From Octopus sinensis (taxonomy: Eukaryota), in contig NC_042998.1 in the NCBI RefSeq assembly GCF_006345805.1, forward strand, positions 162,254,001-162,318,000: a stretch of DNA of 64,000 nt, in the 5' to 3' direction. The notes under the pieces are model-generated. The model was not told the origin of the DNA. It did not search any database and worked only from the letters and a program-made list of their open reading frames with translations. This document shows, piece after piece, positions 50,853 through 63,997 of the stretch. The first letter of the stretch is position 1. The number at the start of each line of letters is the position of its first letter. The position numbers and the translations under genes are program-made.

Positions 50853-51024
50853 TCTTTTATTCTTTTATTTGTTTCAGTTATTTGACTGCGGCCATGCTTG
50901 AGCATCGCCTTTAGTCGAACAAATCAACTCCAGGACTTATTCTTTGTAAGCCTAACCGCTAAGTTGAGGAGATGTATCACAACAACATTGGTGGAGTGGG
51001 GAGGGCAAACACAGACACACAAAT

Positions 51025-51114
<90 letters not shown>

Positions 51115-51232
51115 CAGGCTTCTTTCAGTTTCTCTCTATGAAATCCACTCACAAGGAGCCACGCAGTGAGACTGAACCCAGAACCATGTGGTTGGTAAGC
51201 AAGCTACTTAAAATGATACAGCCACTCCTGTG

Positions 51233-51235
<3 letters not shown>
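50853..51235 (-). mobile_element. SINE A copy with internal deletions and a long (CA)n (51029-51112)
   Basis: Family match with missing blocks. Confidence 0.85.
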
Positions 51236-51278
<43 letters not shown>

Positions 51279-52301
51279 CATTTTATATTACTACCTATTT
51301 CTCTTCCTCCTCCCTTTACTCTCTCTCTCTCTTTTCACTTATAAGCCTCCCAGAGAACCAGTGAAAGGTGGGATAAGGATAAAGATTAATACATACACAC
51401 AGGGATACACACAGGCACACACTTACACACACATACACATGGAGAGCGGACGTTAAATGATGATGATGATTATGATGATGATATATATATATATATAAAC
51501 ATTATTTTATCTCCATAAATTGACTTAAATGTCCCTGCATATTTGATTCTAAGTATCAACAGCAAAACAGCGTTCCTTTTCATATGCATTTTGGTATGTG
51601 TGTGTGTGTGTGCATACATGCACGCCTCTGTTAAATATACCTGTGTATGCATATATTTGTTTGTGTGTGTCTGTGTGGAAAGAAAAGTTTTAGGTTTGAA
51701 GGATCAAGATTACATTACAAGTTCTTGACTCTTGGGAATACGAGACAAAGATCCCTTGTCAATGATGAGAAAGATACATAATATCATTAGGTGGACAGTT
51801 TACTTTGAAGTATCCACATATATTGATTCTTTTTCTTTATCATCATCATCATTATTATTATTATTATTTTTTTTTTTTTTTTACTGAAGAATTGTTGTTG
51901 TTGATAATGACAACAATGCAGATGGTGGATAAATGTATCATCACCATCATCATCATCATCATCATCATCACAATCATGATTTTGTTATTAATTTCTTTCT
52001 CTGAATAAGTAAAATGAAAATTATTATTATCTTTATTATCATTATTGTATTTAATATTGCTGATGTCATTGGCATTATTATTGCAATTGTTTTTATATTT
52101 ATTTTATTTGTTCTTATTTATTTATTTATTTACATTATTAAAATTTATCATTTATCACATTATTTTATTCAACATGATTGATTGTGTTACATAGACGTAC
52201 ACATACACATACAATTGCATCTATGTGTATGTGTATACATATATATGTATGTATGTATATATATATATATATATATATGAAAGTTTATATAAATTTACAT
52301 T

Positions 52302-52332
<31 letters not shown>

Positions 52333-52394
52333 TATATGTATGTATAAGTATATACATAAATATACATATATAAGTATATATACGATATGTATAT

Positions 52395-52439
<45 letters not shown>

Positions 52440-53917
52440 TATATAAATTTATGTATGTGTGTATGTGTATTTAAGTCCATATATGTGTATATTTATCCTT
52501 CACACATACATGTATACATATATATATGTACAAACTTATATATTCTTTCTTTGTTATCCTATTGTCATGCTGTGCATTAATTAATATGTTTGACATTGCC
52601 AGAAAATATTATGGTAATACAATTTTAGTTAACTCTAGGGTATTCAATTGAACAGTGTAAACTCCAAGAGCGAAACAAAACTGGGGTAGTGGGTGTGGGG
52701 TGGGGGAATGAGTAAGAAAAACAAAAACACGACAAAAAATACATCTAATCATTTTAAGTCAAAGCTTTCATGAAGAAGCCCCTCCACCATTTCGCTCCAT
52801 CTCAAACCTTTCTTGCTCAGTTCAGTCTCACTCAATCACTTTCAATCTCTCTTTCTCTCCTTCTACTCATTTCTCTCTCTATCTCTCTGTCACTCTTCAT
52901 CTCTGTCCCTCTGTCTCTCTTGCTCGCGCACTCTCCCAGTCATTTCCTCACTCCCACCTTACTCAGCAACAAATGCTTAAAGATTCACATATATGTTGAA
53001 TACTCATGTGGATTTCAACATTTGTAAAAATTTATCATTCTTTCAGTTGATGTATTCGTTACAGTTTGTCATTGTTTTTCTTTTACTTTTCTGTGTGCAA
53101 TGAAAGCATAAAAGTGTTGTCATTGTTGTTGATGTTGTTTTATTTTGTTGGTTGCAATGCTGAGGTTGGTGGTGCTGGTGTTGGTGTGGGTTCGTATAGA
53201 AATCGGTTTCTGTCACTGGATTTATTGATTATCTATTTAAAAATCATCTGAACATGTTTAATATGATTTTGTTACCCTTGTTGTAGTTGTTATGTATTGT
53301 AATGCTGTTTACTTATATTTTATTTGGAAGGTGGAGGTGACTGTGGTGGTGGAGAGGGCATTATTTTCATTATAGCATTAAAGAAAATTATTCAATTATA
53401 TGTATGTGTATGGGGGCATATGTGTGTATGTGTATACATTTATCTTCCTTTCTTTCTCCCTCTCTCTCACTCTCTCTCTCTATATATATAAACATACATA
53501 TATTCAGAGAGAGAGTGAGAGAGAAAGAGAGGAAGGAAGTGCGATACATATCTACATTTGTGTTCTATCTCTCTCTATACACACACATACACATACACAT
53601 TGGCATATATATACTTATACATAAATAGGTATGTGTGTATGTGTGCATGTATAGAAACACACATGCATGCATGCACACACACACACACACACACACAGAC
53701 ACACATTTATGCATATCTTTTATCTTTTACTTGTTTCAGTCATGGGATTGTCATCATGTCAGGGGCACTGCTTCGAAGGATTCCATCAAACAAATCGACC
53801 CCACTACTTATTCTATCAATCTCATTTATTGAACTGTTAAGTTATTGCGATGTAAACAGACCAACACCAGCTCTTGCTGGAACAAAGACACACACACACA
53901 TGTGTATATACATACAT

Positions 53918-53948
<31 letters not shown>

Positions 53949-54675
53949 CAGGAAATGGGACAAGAATGTAAAACATCCAGACAGTTAGGTGATAGAAAAA
54001 AAGGGACAACAAAACATCAAGATAGATGATACAAAGAAAACAAGGATGGGTCATTCAGAGTTTTCTTTCCTCAGTCAAGTTCCAGATTATCTTTGCAATT
54101 TCAGCTGGATATATATATATATGAGAAATTGTTTTGGGGTTTGAAAATGCACCTGAATCTCAAAATGCAGATGGTTTTAAATTTTGTAACAGATTTATTC
54201 AAATACCAAAGTGGTTTCAATATTTTTTGCTTATCATTGATACAAATATATAAATAAAGGGTTTAGGTGAGACTAAAGTTACAAGGAGTCTAAAATTTTT
54301 TGGTAGTATGGCACACTTTAGAAGTTTTATGAATTTCTAGCCTTTATATTTACTTTTAATAGGCCGTTTTATTTGGATTTTATTTTGATATATATTTTTA
54401 ACTTCTGTGTTTTTATGTATATGTATATTTTTTTTTATATGTTTAAGAACCACGGTGATATTTATATATAATTAAATGTTTGAAGTATAGTGTTATATAT
54501 AAAGTGGTTGACTCGAATTTAGTGTTTGTTCTATGACCAATGTTTCTTTATCTTTGTCTCATTTACATTTGAGCACTTCTTTTTTGCAGTCCCATATAGT
54601 TTTTTTTTTCATAAAAAGACACAAATATTATTTCTTGTGTATATACATATATTATATATATATATATATATACAT

Positions 54676-54815
54676 ATAGCAGCCAGCAGGTGTATGTCTC
54701 TGGTATTGGTCGGGATGATGCCGGAGACGTTAGCCAAAGCCGCCGTCAGCCCCACGTGTATCAAACGGTGGTGCCCCAGCATGGCCGCAGCTCTGAGCTG
54801 AAACAACAAAAAGAA
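54676..54815 (+). mobile_element. Short CpG-rich retroposed element sharing the SINE-A 3' tail
   Basis: Unique 5' part, then ggtggtgccccagcatggccgcagctctgagctgaaacaacaaaa. Confidence 0.55.
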
Positions 54816-54819
54816 AAAA

Positions 54820-55303
54820 ACAAATCAAAATCAAATTCGATGACTGGCATCTGTGCTAGTGGAGCACTAAGAGCACCATCCGAGCATGATTGTTGCCAGA
54901 GTAGCTGATTGACTTCTGTGCTGATGGCATGTAAAAAGCACCATTCAAGTGTGATCATTACCAGCATCGCCTTACTGGCACTTATGCCGGTGGCACGTGA
55001 AAAAACATTTGAGTGAGGTCATAGCCAGTGCTGCTGGATTAGCTCCTGTGCAGGTGGCATGTAAAAATCACTGTTTGAGCATGGCTGTGGCCAGTACCGC
55101 CTGACTGGCCCTCATGTTGGTGGCATGTGAAAGCACCCACTACACTCTCGGAGTGATTGACGTTAGGAAGGGCATCCAGCTGTAGAAACACTGCCAGATC
55201 AGATTGGAGCCTGGTACAGCCATCTGGTTCACCAGACCTCAGTCAAATCACCCAACCCATGCTAGCATGGAAAGCAGACGTTATATGATGATGATGATGA
55301 TGA
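54820..55303 (+). mobile_element. RTE 3' UTR copy with about 5 hairpin units and (TGA)n tail
   Basis: Period about 62 bp; ends aacccatgctagcatggaaagcagacgttatatgatgatg. Confidence 0.8.
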
Positions 55304-55340
55304 TAATATATATATATATATGTATGTATATATATATATA

Positions 55341-55726
55341 TTTTTGGAAGCACTCCGTCGGTTACGACGACGAGGGTTCCGGTTAATCCGATCAACGGAA
55401 CAGCCTGCTCGTGAAATTAACGTGTAAGTGGCTGAGCACTCCACAGACACGTGTACCCTTAACGTAGTTCTCGGGGATATTCAGCGTGACACAGAGAGTG
55501 ACAAGGCCGGCCCTTTGAAATACAGGTACACCAGAAACAGGAAGTAAGAGCAAGAGAAAGTTGTGGTGAAAGAGTACAGCAGGGATCACCACCATCCCTG
55601 CCGGAGCCTCGTGGAGCTTTAGGTGTATTTCGCTCAATAAACACTCACAACGCCCGGTCTGGGAATCGAAACCGCGATCCTACGACCGCGAGTTCGCTGC
55701 CCTAACCACTGGGCCATTGCACCTCC
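55341..55726 (-). mobile_element. Young tRNA-derived SINE (different head and body, tail X) in a (TA)n tract
   Basis: A box tggcccagtgg, B box gtttcgattccc; many intact CpGs; 3' half colinear with 5737-5920. Confidence 0.9.
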
Positions 55727-55767
<41 letters not shown>

Positions 55768-56500
55768 TGACAGGCTTCTTTCAGTTTCCATCTTCCACAT
55801 CCATGTACAAAGTTTTGGTTGGCCTGGTACTAAATTGGAAACCACTTGCCCAAGGTTCCATGTAGGAGGACTGAATCCAGAACCTTGTGATTAGGAAGTG
55901 AGCTTCCAATCATACAGGCACACTTGTGTCTATTTACATACATATAGAGGAAGTTGAACCTACAAACCCATTAGGTTGGGGCTTATCCCAGTTTTCTATG
56001 GCTTAAGTTACTGATGCAACAGAAACATTGATTAAATGTGGAAAAAGTTGAGTATAATCGTTTATCTCAGGTGTCTTCTTATTGAGCAGGCTCATTATCA
56101 AAGTTATTCCATCAATGAATATACAATTTTCTTCACATCCAGCAGGACAGGCATGGATATATGGTATGGAGATTGCTTCCCAGCCACATGGTTCCAGGTT
56201 CAGCCTTGGGGAAAGTCTTGTGAGTGGACTTGATAGATGGAAACTGAAAGAAGCTCATTGCGTGTGTGTATGTGCTTGTGTGTGTTTGTGTGTATCTTCT
56301 GCCACCTCTTGACAACTAGTGTCGGTTTGTTTACATCCCTGGAGCTTAGTGGTATGGCAAAAGACACTGATTGTATTAGTTCTTGACTAAAAAAAAAAGA
56401 AGAAAAGTACAGGGGTTGATTAATTTGATTAAAAAACAGTCATGGAGCTGCCCCAGCATGGCCAGAGTCTAATGATAGAAACAGGTAAAAGGTAGAAGAT
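55768..56500. mobile_element. Divergent pair of decayed SINE A copies (55768-55930 minus; 56146-56500 plus)
   Basis: Family matches on opposite strands. Confidence 0.7.
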
Positions 56501-57065
56501 AAAGGATAGCCATGGTTGGCACGTCTTTCATCATATATTTAGTGGCTCAGGACTTATGCAGAGCTTCATTGAAAAGGTCATGTAGAATGGAGTACATTCA
56601 GTAGACAAGCAACTGTTTAGAGAGAGGGTCGAAGAGTGGGACAGATAGAGGGAGAGACACAGAGAGAGGGGGAGAGGGAGATAAAGAGTGAGAGAGAGAG
56701 AGAGGGGTGGGGCAGGTAAGAAGTGAGAGTGATGTGGGAGAGGCAGTGCATGTTTATGACACCAGATGCAGTCGTTTTTGCTGTGCCATTGTTACAAAGG
56801 AATTTTTCATTCTGCTTCATTGGAGAACTCAGCCATACTGACTGTCAGTAAGTAACTTGTAGAAAATGGCAAAGATCACTGACCTAAGACTCTTTAAGAA
56901 AATAAGAAAGGAAATGACAAATAATGAAATGATAAATATCACAAACTTACCATTCTATAAGGAACTATTTCCTTAGACAGGCAGTAGATTGGCAGAATCA
57001 TTAAAGCATCAGACAGAATGACTTGCAGCATTGTTGCTTTGTTAATAGAGAGATAGGTATAGATA

Positions 57066-57138
<73 letters not shown>

Positions 57139-57139
57139 A

Positions 57140-57172
<33 letters not shown>

Positions 57173-57402
57173 GTGTGTATGTGTGTGTGTATGTATCACG
57201 CATCTTCTGAACAATAGTGTTGTTGGTTAAAGGTTTCCAACAGGCCAATGTCTGGTTCACTGAATTTCTGATGACATGAGTCACAAGGGATCATGTATAT
57301 AATTGTGGCAGAGTAAATGCCTCAAGGGATTTCGTTTTCAGAAGCAATTCTTTTATATATCATTTTGACAATGTTTACATCTATTGCCTGTATACACTGG
57401 CA

Positions 57403-57443
<41 letters not shown>

Positions 57444-57444
57444 T

Positions 57445-57592
57445 CAGTCGTGGACAACCTGTGACCTGCAGGATACTCTGAATGGCACGCCTAATGAAAT
57501 ATTACCTTAGGTTTTCTTAGTAGTGTAACTCACATGATGGTAAGACATGTTTTGTGCAAGGCCTGCTTCTCCAAAAAGGTTGTTCATACTTG
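57445..57592. mobile_element. Small hAT-type MITE
   Basis: TIR-like cagtcgtggacaacct / aggttgttcatacttg. Confidence 0.5.
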
Positions 57593-58054
57593 AGATACAC
57601 AAGGACTTAAACATACAGCTGCAGTCAACTGACTTATAACAGTACAAAAATCATGTAGCAGTATCAACAGTGAAGATTGAGACAAGCAGGGTTTGGCGAC
57701 TTGCTTAAGAAGATAATGTTGTCATTATTTAGCCTAGATCAGTCCTAACTGAGTAGATCGATGATCAAAAGCTTTCCACATATGGCCATTCATTTCTATT
57801 TATTCATTTTTTTATTTATTTGTTTGAAACTACACTATCCACTGTTTCCTTCTTTTTTTTAAAAAAAAGAAGATTGTTGGGAGATGTAGCTGATATTTCT
57901 GCCCTAAAGGTAACTTTAAGAGCAGGATCTCAAAATTCTTTGACAGATTATCCTGCCAGGGAAACATAATAATCTACTTAGATGTTCCTTTGTTGATATT
58001 TACCTCCCATTGCCTTTAATGCATAGTGCTATTACATATATTTAATTGTCCTTT

Positions 58055-58462
58055 TGTATTTAGCCACATCATTGTCTATATTTAGCAGTCCTGTTGCCTG
58101 TTTAGATGTCGGATTTCTTTATTTAGATGTCTCACTTTCTATATTTAGATTTCATATTTCTTAAATTTAGCTGTCCCATTGTCTGTAATTAATTGTCTTG
58201 TTACTTTTAGCAGCTTCATTGGTTATATTTAGCTGTTTCATTTGCCATATTTAGCTGTCCCATTATCAATATTTAGTTGTCCATTCTCTATATTTAGTTC
58301 CCCTATTGTTGATATTTAGCTGTCCCATTATCAACATTGGTCCATTGTCTATATTTAACTCTCTTAGCTGTCCCTTTGTACATATATTTAGATCTATTGT
58401 CTACATTTAGCTGTCCCATTGTCTTTATGTAGTTTTCTTATTGTCTATATCTAGTTGTTCCA
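58055..58462. repeat. Degenerate minisatellite of about 22 bp (atatttagctgtcccattgtct)
   Basis: Unit recurs more than a dozen times with substitutions. Confidence 0.8.
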
Positions 58463-58762
58463 TACACACACACACACACACACACGCACATAATGATTTC
58501 ATTCAGCTTCTATATACCAAATCCACTAACAAGGATTTTGTCAGCCTAGAGCTATACTAGAAAACACTCTTGCCTAAGGTGCCGAACAGTAGGACTGAAC
58601 CTGAAACTATGTGGTTGGGAAGTAAATTTCTTACCACACAGCCATGTCTGTGTGGTAAGAATGGTAAAGAAATTTACATTACAATCATGAGGTCCTGACA
58701 TCAGTCCAACTACATGTTATCTTGAGCGACATTTTTTGCCATAATCTCCGTTTTCATTTCAG

Positions 58763-59135
58763 CTCTTTACTCTTTTACTCTTTTACTTGTTTCAATCATG
58801 TGACTGTGGGCATGCTGGAGCACTGCCTTTAGTTGAGCAAATCGACCTCAGGACTCATTCTTTGTAAGCCTAGTACTTATTCTATCGGTCTCTTTTGCTG
58901 AACTGCTAAGTTACGGGGACGTAAACACACCAGCATCAGTTGTCAAGCGATGTTGGGGGCACAAACACAGATACACAAACATATACACACACAAACATAT
59001 ATACAATGGGCTTCTTTCAGTTTCCATCTACCAAATCCACTCACGAGACTTTGGTCAGCCCGAGGCTATAGTAGAAGACACTTGCTCAAGGTGCCACACA
59101 GTAAGACTGAACCCGGAACCATGTGGTTCGTTAGC
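58763..59135 (-). mobile_element. SINE family A copy
   Basis: Near-consensus body and tail; extreme 5' head missing. Confidence 0.9.
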
Positions 59136-59279
59136 AGCTCTTTACATTCTAAGTTCAAATCCCACTAGAGTCAACTTTACATTTCATTTCTTACATACTG
59201 TCATCAAAAGCATCAACTTGTCCCTCTCCTTAAAATTGCTTTCCACATGCTTGAATTAGAAATCAACAGTAATAATAAT

Positions 59280-59735
59280 AATGATCCTTTCTACTGTAGG
59301 CACAAGGCCTGAAAGTTGAGGGAGGGAGTAAGTCGATTACATCGACCCCAGTACTCAACTGGTACTTATTTTACCAACCTCAAAAGGATGAAAGACAAAG
59401 TGGATCTTGGCAGAATTTGATCTCAGGACGTAAAACCAGACAAACTGCTGCTAAGCATTCCACCCAATGTGCTAACAATTCTATGAGCTCACTGTATTAA
59501 TAATAATAATGGTAATAATAATAATTCTTTTTTCTATAGTCACTAGGCCTAATAATAATAATGGTTCAAATTTTAGTGTAAGGCTAGAAATTTTGGGTGA
59601 GGGTGTAAGTTAACTACCTTAACCCCAGTGTTCAACTGGTAGTTACTTTATTGAGCCCCAAAAGGATGAATGACAAAGTTGACCCTGGCAGAATTTGAAC
59701 TCGGAATGTGAAGACGAAGAAATGCCATGAAACAT
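59280..59735 (-). mobile_element. Two head-to-tail SINE B copies on the minus strand, in (AAT)n
   Basis: Reverse complements of tail 1 and tail 2 copies. Confidence 0.85.
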
Positions 59736-59740
59736 TTAAA

Positions 59741-59816
<76 letters not shown>

Positions 59817-59841
59817 GTGATGGTGATGATGATGGTGATGG

Positions 59842-59886
<45 letters not shown>

Positions 59887-60482
59887 CTAACATATACTGA
59901 GGCAGAATGGAACTGTTGATTGTACTGGAATTTTCTTTTGGTTTGGCAATTCTGCTAGACTGCCACCTTGAGACTAATGATGTTGATGAAGATGGTAATG
60001 ACAACAATGATGATAGTGGTAGTAGTGGTGGTTTGTTTAGTTTGTCACCAGGAGGACTAATAGATAACAGGAATATTTTGGAGTTTCCTTTCCAATATTT
60101 TAAAAGCCTGAAAATGCGTGTGAGTAATCAGTAGGAAGCAAGTGATATTGGTTTAAATGTCCTGTAAGAACATCACTGATGTGTCAGCTTCCCTCACTGT
60201 CCAAAATACAGAGGAGTGAACAGTGGAAGAAGTCACAGGACACAATAGCAACAGCAGTAGTAATGGTAGTAGTAGTAGTAGTAGTAGTAGAAGTAGAAGT
60301 AGAAGTTGTTGCCATCATAGTGGCATGGTGCTGATGATAGTATTATGTGGCCGGAGGAGGAGATGGGGGGATGAAGTAAAGGGGTAGGAGGAGAGTCCAT
60401 ACAGGGGTCATTTTGTAAGGGGTAGAAAAGAGATATATGCAGTGCATTAGCTGTATTTCAACTATATAAGATGGATGATATG

Positions 60483-60955
60483 CTCTTTACTCTGTTTTAC
60501 TCTTTTACTTGTTTCAGTCATTTGACTGTGGCCATGCTGGAGCACTGCCTTTAGTCAAGCAAATTGACACCAGGACTTATTCTTTGTGAGCCTCGTACTG
60601 AAAAGATCCCTAGTACTTATTCTATCGGTCTCTTTTGCCGAACTGCTAAGTTGTGGGGATGTAAACACACCAGCATCAGTTGTCAAGTGATGTTGGAGGG
60701 ACAAACACAGACACACAAACACATACACACACGTACATATATATATATATATATGTATATATGTATATATATATATATACATACATATATATGACGGGCT
60801 TCTTTCAGTTTCCATCTACCAAAGCCACACACAAGGCTTTGGTCGGCCCGAGGCTATAGTAGAAGACACTTGCCCAAGGTGCCACGCAGTGGTACAGAAC
60901 CTGGAACCATGTGGTTTGTAAGCAAGCTAGTTACCACACAGCCACTCCTGCACCT
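60483..60955 (-). mobile_element. SINE family A copy, full length
   Basis: Near consensus; small internal duplication at about 60590-60612. Confidence 0.92.
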
Positions 60956-61368
60956 ATACACATATACACACAGATACTGTTTCTCTCCTTCTCACCACAC
61001 CTCTCTGTCACACACACACACACACACACACACGTGCACTACATGAATATACAGAAGTATATGACATGTACTCTGACAATAGTCATCATTTTGAGTGTAT
61101 TTTATGTATTTTGGCCAAGAAAGAAGGGATCTGCTGGGTAATAAATAATGTCTAGGAAGAGAAGGAAATAAGTATTTAAGTGCTGGAATTTGGAAAGGAT
61201 TACCATTGTTGTAGGTGTTTTTGTTTGGCTCTTAGTGATCCTTGGATCTGGATCAGACCAGACCGATAACCAAAGTAAAATTCCAGTTGTGATCATCCTG
61301 TTTTATTCAGGTGTTCCATCTTTGAAATATTTAATACTGCTTTTGTTTTTTGTTTTTTTCTTTAATAG

Positions 61369-61800
61369 TAGGAGTGGCTGTGTGGTAAGTAGTTTACTTA
61401 CAAACCACATGGTTCCGGGTTCGGTCCCCCTGCATGGCACCTTGGGCAAGTGTCTTCTACTATAGCCTTGGGGCTGACCAAAGCCTTGTGAGTGGATTTG
61501 GTAGACGGAAACTGAAAGAAGCCCGTTGTATATATGTATATATGTGTATATATATATATGTATATGTGTGTCTGTGTGTGTATATGTTTGTGTGTCTGTG
61601 TTTATCCCCCCAACATTGCTTGACAACCGATGCTGGTGTGTTTATGTCCCCGTAACTTAGCGGTTTGGTAAAAGAGATTGATAGAATAAGTACTAGGCTC
61701 ACAAAGAATAAGTCCTGGGGTCGATTTGCTTGACTAAAGGTGGTGCTCCAGCATGGCAACAATCAAATAACTGAAATAAGTAAAAGAGTAAAGAGAGAGT
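61369..61800 (+). mobile_element. SINE family A copy, full length (reference copy)
   Basis: A-box-like tggctgtgtgg, B-box-like ggttcggtccc, accttgggcaagtg, internal (TA/TG)n, tail aagtaaaagagtaaag. Confidence 0.92.
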
Positions 61801-62189
61801 AAGGCCTGATTTAAGGGAGGACTGGCTGCTGTTTCTAGCTAGTCTAGTGCCTGCATAGGATCTCCCTTGTCTTGGAGAGTTTTATGAGACTGTAGAGATG
61901 TCTGAGAGAGGAGAGGTGTGGATGGGTGGATGTGAAGGATGCTGGCCAAGTATAGATTTGTGGGGGGGGGGGGTGATGGTGGTGGTGCTGGTGGTGGTAA
62001 TGGTGGTGGTGGATTGTGCATAAGGAAGAACATGGAAATAAGCAGTCATGACCCCAGAATAAGGAATCAGCTAACACAACTACCATTGACATCACCATCA
62101 TCATCACCATCACCATGCTATTAGCACTACAAGCTCCATTATGATCAACCCCTAAAGGCACCCCTACCTCCCCTACTGTAACCACCACC

Positions 62190-62846
62190 ACCCATCAATG
62201 TCAATGTTGTCACCACCTCTACCACCTCTGTTAACACCATCAACATCATCATCACCGTCATGAACCCACCCTGCTACCTCTGCCAATCCCATCTTAACGC
62301 CACCACCATCACCACCAATATCATTACCATTGCAACCACCACCCCTCTAGTATTGTCACTGCCACCATCACCACCATTGCCACAATCATTACAAGCTATT
62401 CCCCATCACCATCACACCACCACCACCACCACCACCACTGTCAACCCCATCAGCAACATCACCATCATACTATCACCACCACCACTAGCCCTCCACTTAC
62501 CACCGCCACCACCACCAACACCATCACCACCACCGCTGTCAACTCCATCAGCAACATCACCATCAAACCATCACCACCACCACAACAACAACAACAGCAA
62601 CAACAACAACAACAACAGCAGCAGCAGCAAAAAGGGCAATTGAGTGGATAGTCAGCTTACAAACTATTCAAAAATTTCCACAACAACAACAACAACAACA
62701 ACAGTAAGTTTAACAACATTAACAAAAATAAAACTATAAACAACAATTGTATCAGCAGCAACAGTACGAAGCAACAACAACAACAACAACAACTACTACA
62801 ACAGCAGCAGCAGCAACAGCAGCAACAGCAACAGTAGCAGTAGCAG
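62190..62846. repeat. Degenerate (CAC)/(CAT)/(CAA)/(CAG) trinucleotide tract
   Basis: Visible directly. Confidence 0.9.
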
Positions 62847-63171
62847 CCTCAGAAATCAGTGGCATAAAGATATATCTGAGGCCTGTTGAATCAATAAATG
62901 TTTGTGTACATTTGAAATAAGTTGTCCCAAAACTCAGACTGTGTTATAGCGAGAGGAAGTAAGATGAGGTTGAGTAGGGATAGACAGTGGTTCAGTGCTT
63001 CGATGGTTCAATGGCTGGTTGGCTGGCTGGCTGGCTAGCTGTTTGGATGGTTGGTTGGTTGGTTGGTTTTAGGGGTGGGCTAGGGTGGATTTTTCTGATG
63101 GTAATATGCTGGTAGTGCTTGTAGTTGTTTGTTTGTTTGTTTTATCACTCTTCTTTCACTTGCTTGTCTTT

Positions 63172-63396
63172 CCTTTTCTTTTACTTGTTTCATTAGATTG
63201 CGACCAAGCTGGAGCCACCACCTTGAAGAATTAAAGTTGACTGAATTGACCTCCAGATCTACGGTACTTATTTTAAAAGCCTTTTAGTCTCTTTTGCTGA
63301 ACTGCTAAGTCATGTAGATGTAAACTCACCAACACTGGTTGTCAGCCAATGGTAGAGGACAGACACAGGCAGAGACACATACACACGTGCGTGCAT

Positions 63397-63442
<46 letters not shown>

Positions 63443-63997
63443 ACTCTTTTACTTTTTTCAGTCATTTGACAGCAGCCATGCTGGAGCAGTTCCCCTTGTT
63501 GAGTTCTTTGTAAGCCAAGTACTTATTTTATTGGTCTCTTTTGCCGAACACCTAAGTTACGGGGACGTAAACACACCAGCATCGGTTGTCAAGCAATGTT
63601 GTGGGGACAAACACAGACACACAAACATATACACACACATGTATACACACATATATACATATATACGATGGGCTTCTTTTCAGTTTCCGTCTACCAAATC
63701 CACTCACAAGGTTTTGGTCGGCCCGAGACTATAGTAAGAGACACTGCCCAAGGTGTCACGCAGTGGGACTGAACCCAGAACCATGTGGTTGGTAAGCAAG
63801 CTACTTACCACACATCCACTCCTGGCTGGTTGGTGACAAGGTTCTTTCAGTTTCCATTTACTAAATTCACTCACAAGGCTTCGGTTAGCCTGAGACTATA
63901 GTAGAAGACACTTGCGCAAGGTGTCATGCAGTGGGACTGAACCATGGACCATGTGGTTGGAAAGCAAACTCCTTAACACACAGCCACGCTTGCGCCT
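63172..63997 (-). mobile_element. Cluster of SINE A copies (a complete copy at 63437-63823 within or beside an older one)
   Basis: Old tail at 63172-63370, complete copy, then head at 63840-63997. Confidence 0.85.

Noticed and set aside
52580-52635. Weak hairpin faintly like miR-190
   Set aside because: Only a 7-bp core stem, and the mature sequence does not match.
54840-55140. CRISPR-like appearance of periodic palindromic units
   Set aside because: The intervening sequences are homologous to each other rather than unique spacers, the array is part of a LINE 3' UTR, the context is eukaryotic and there are no cas genes.
55650-55726. tRNA-like sequence (also 5599-5670 and the SINE-A heads)
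   Set aside because: A and B boxes are present but there is no closed acceptor stem, and each continues into a repeat body; these are SINE heads, not tRNA genes.
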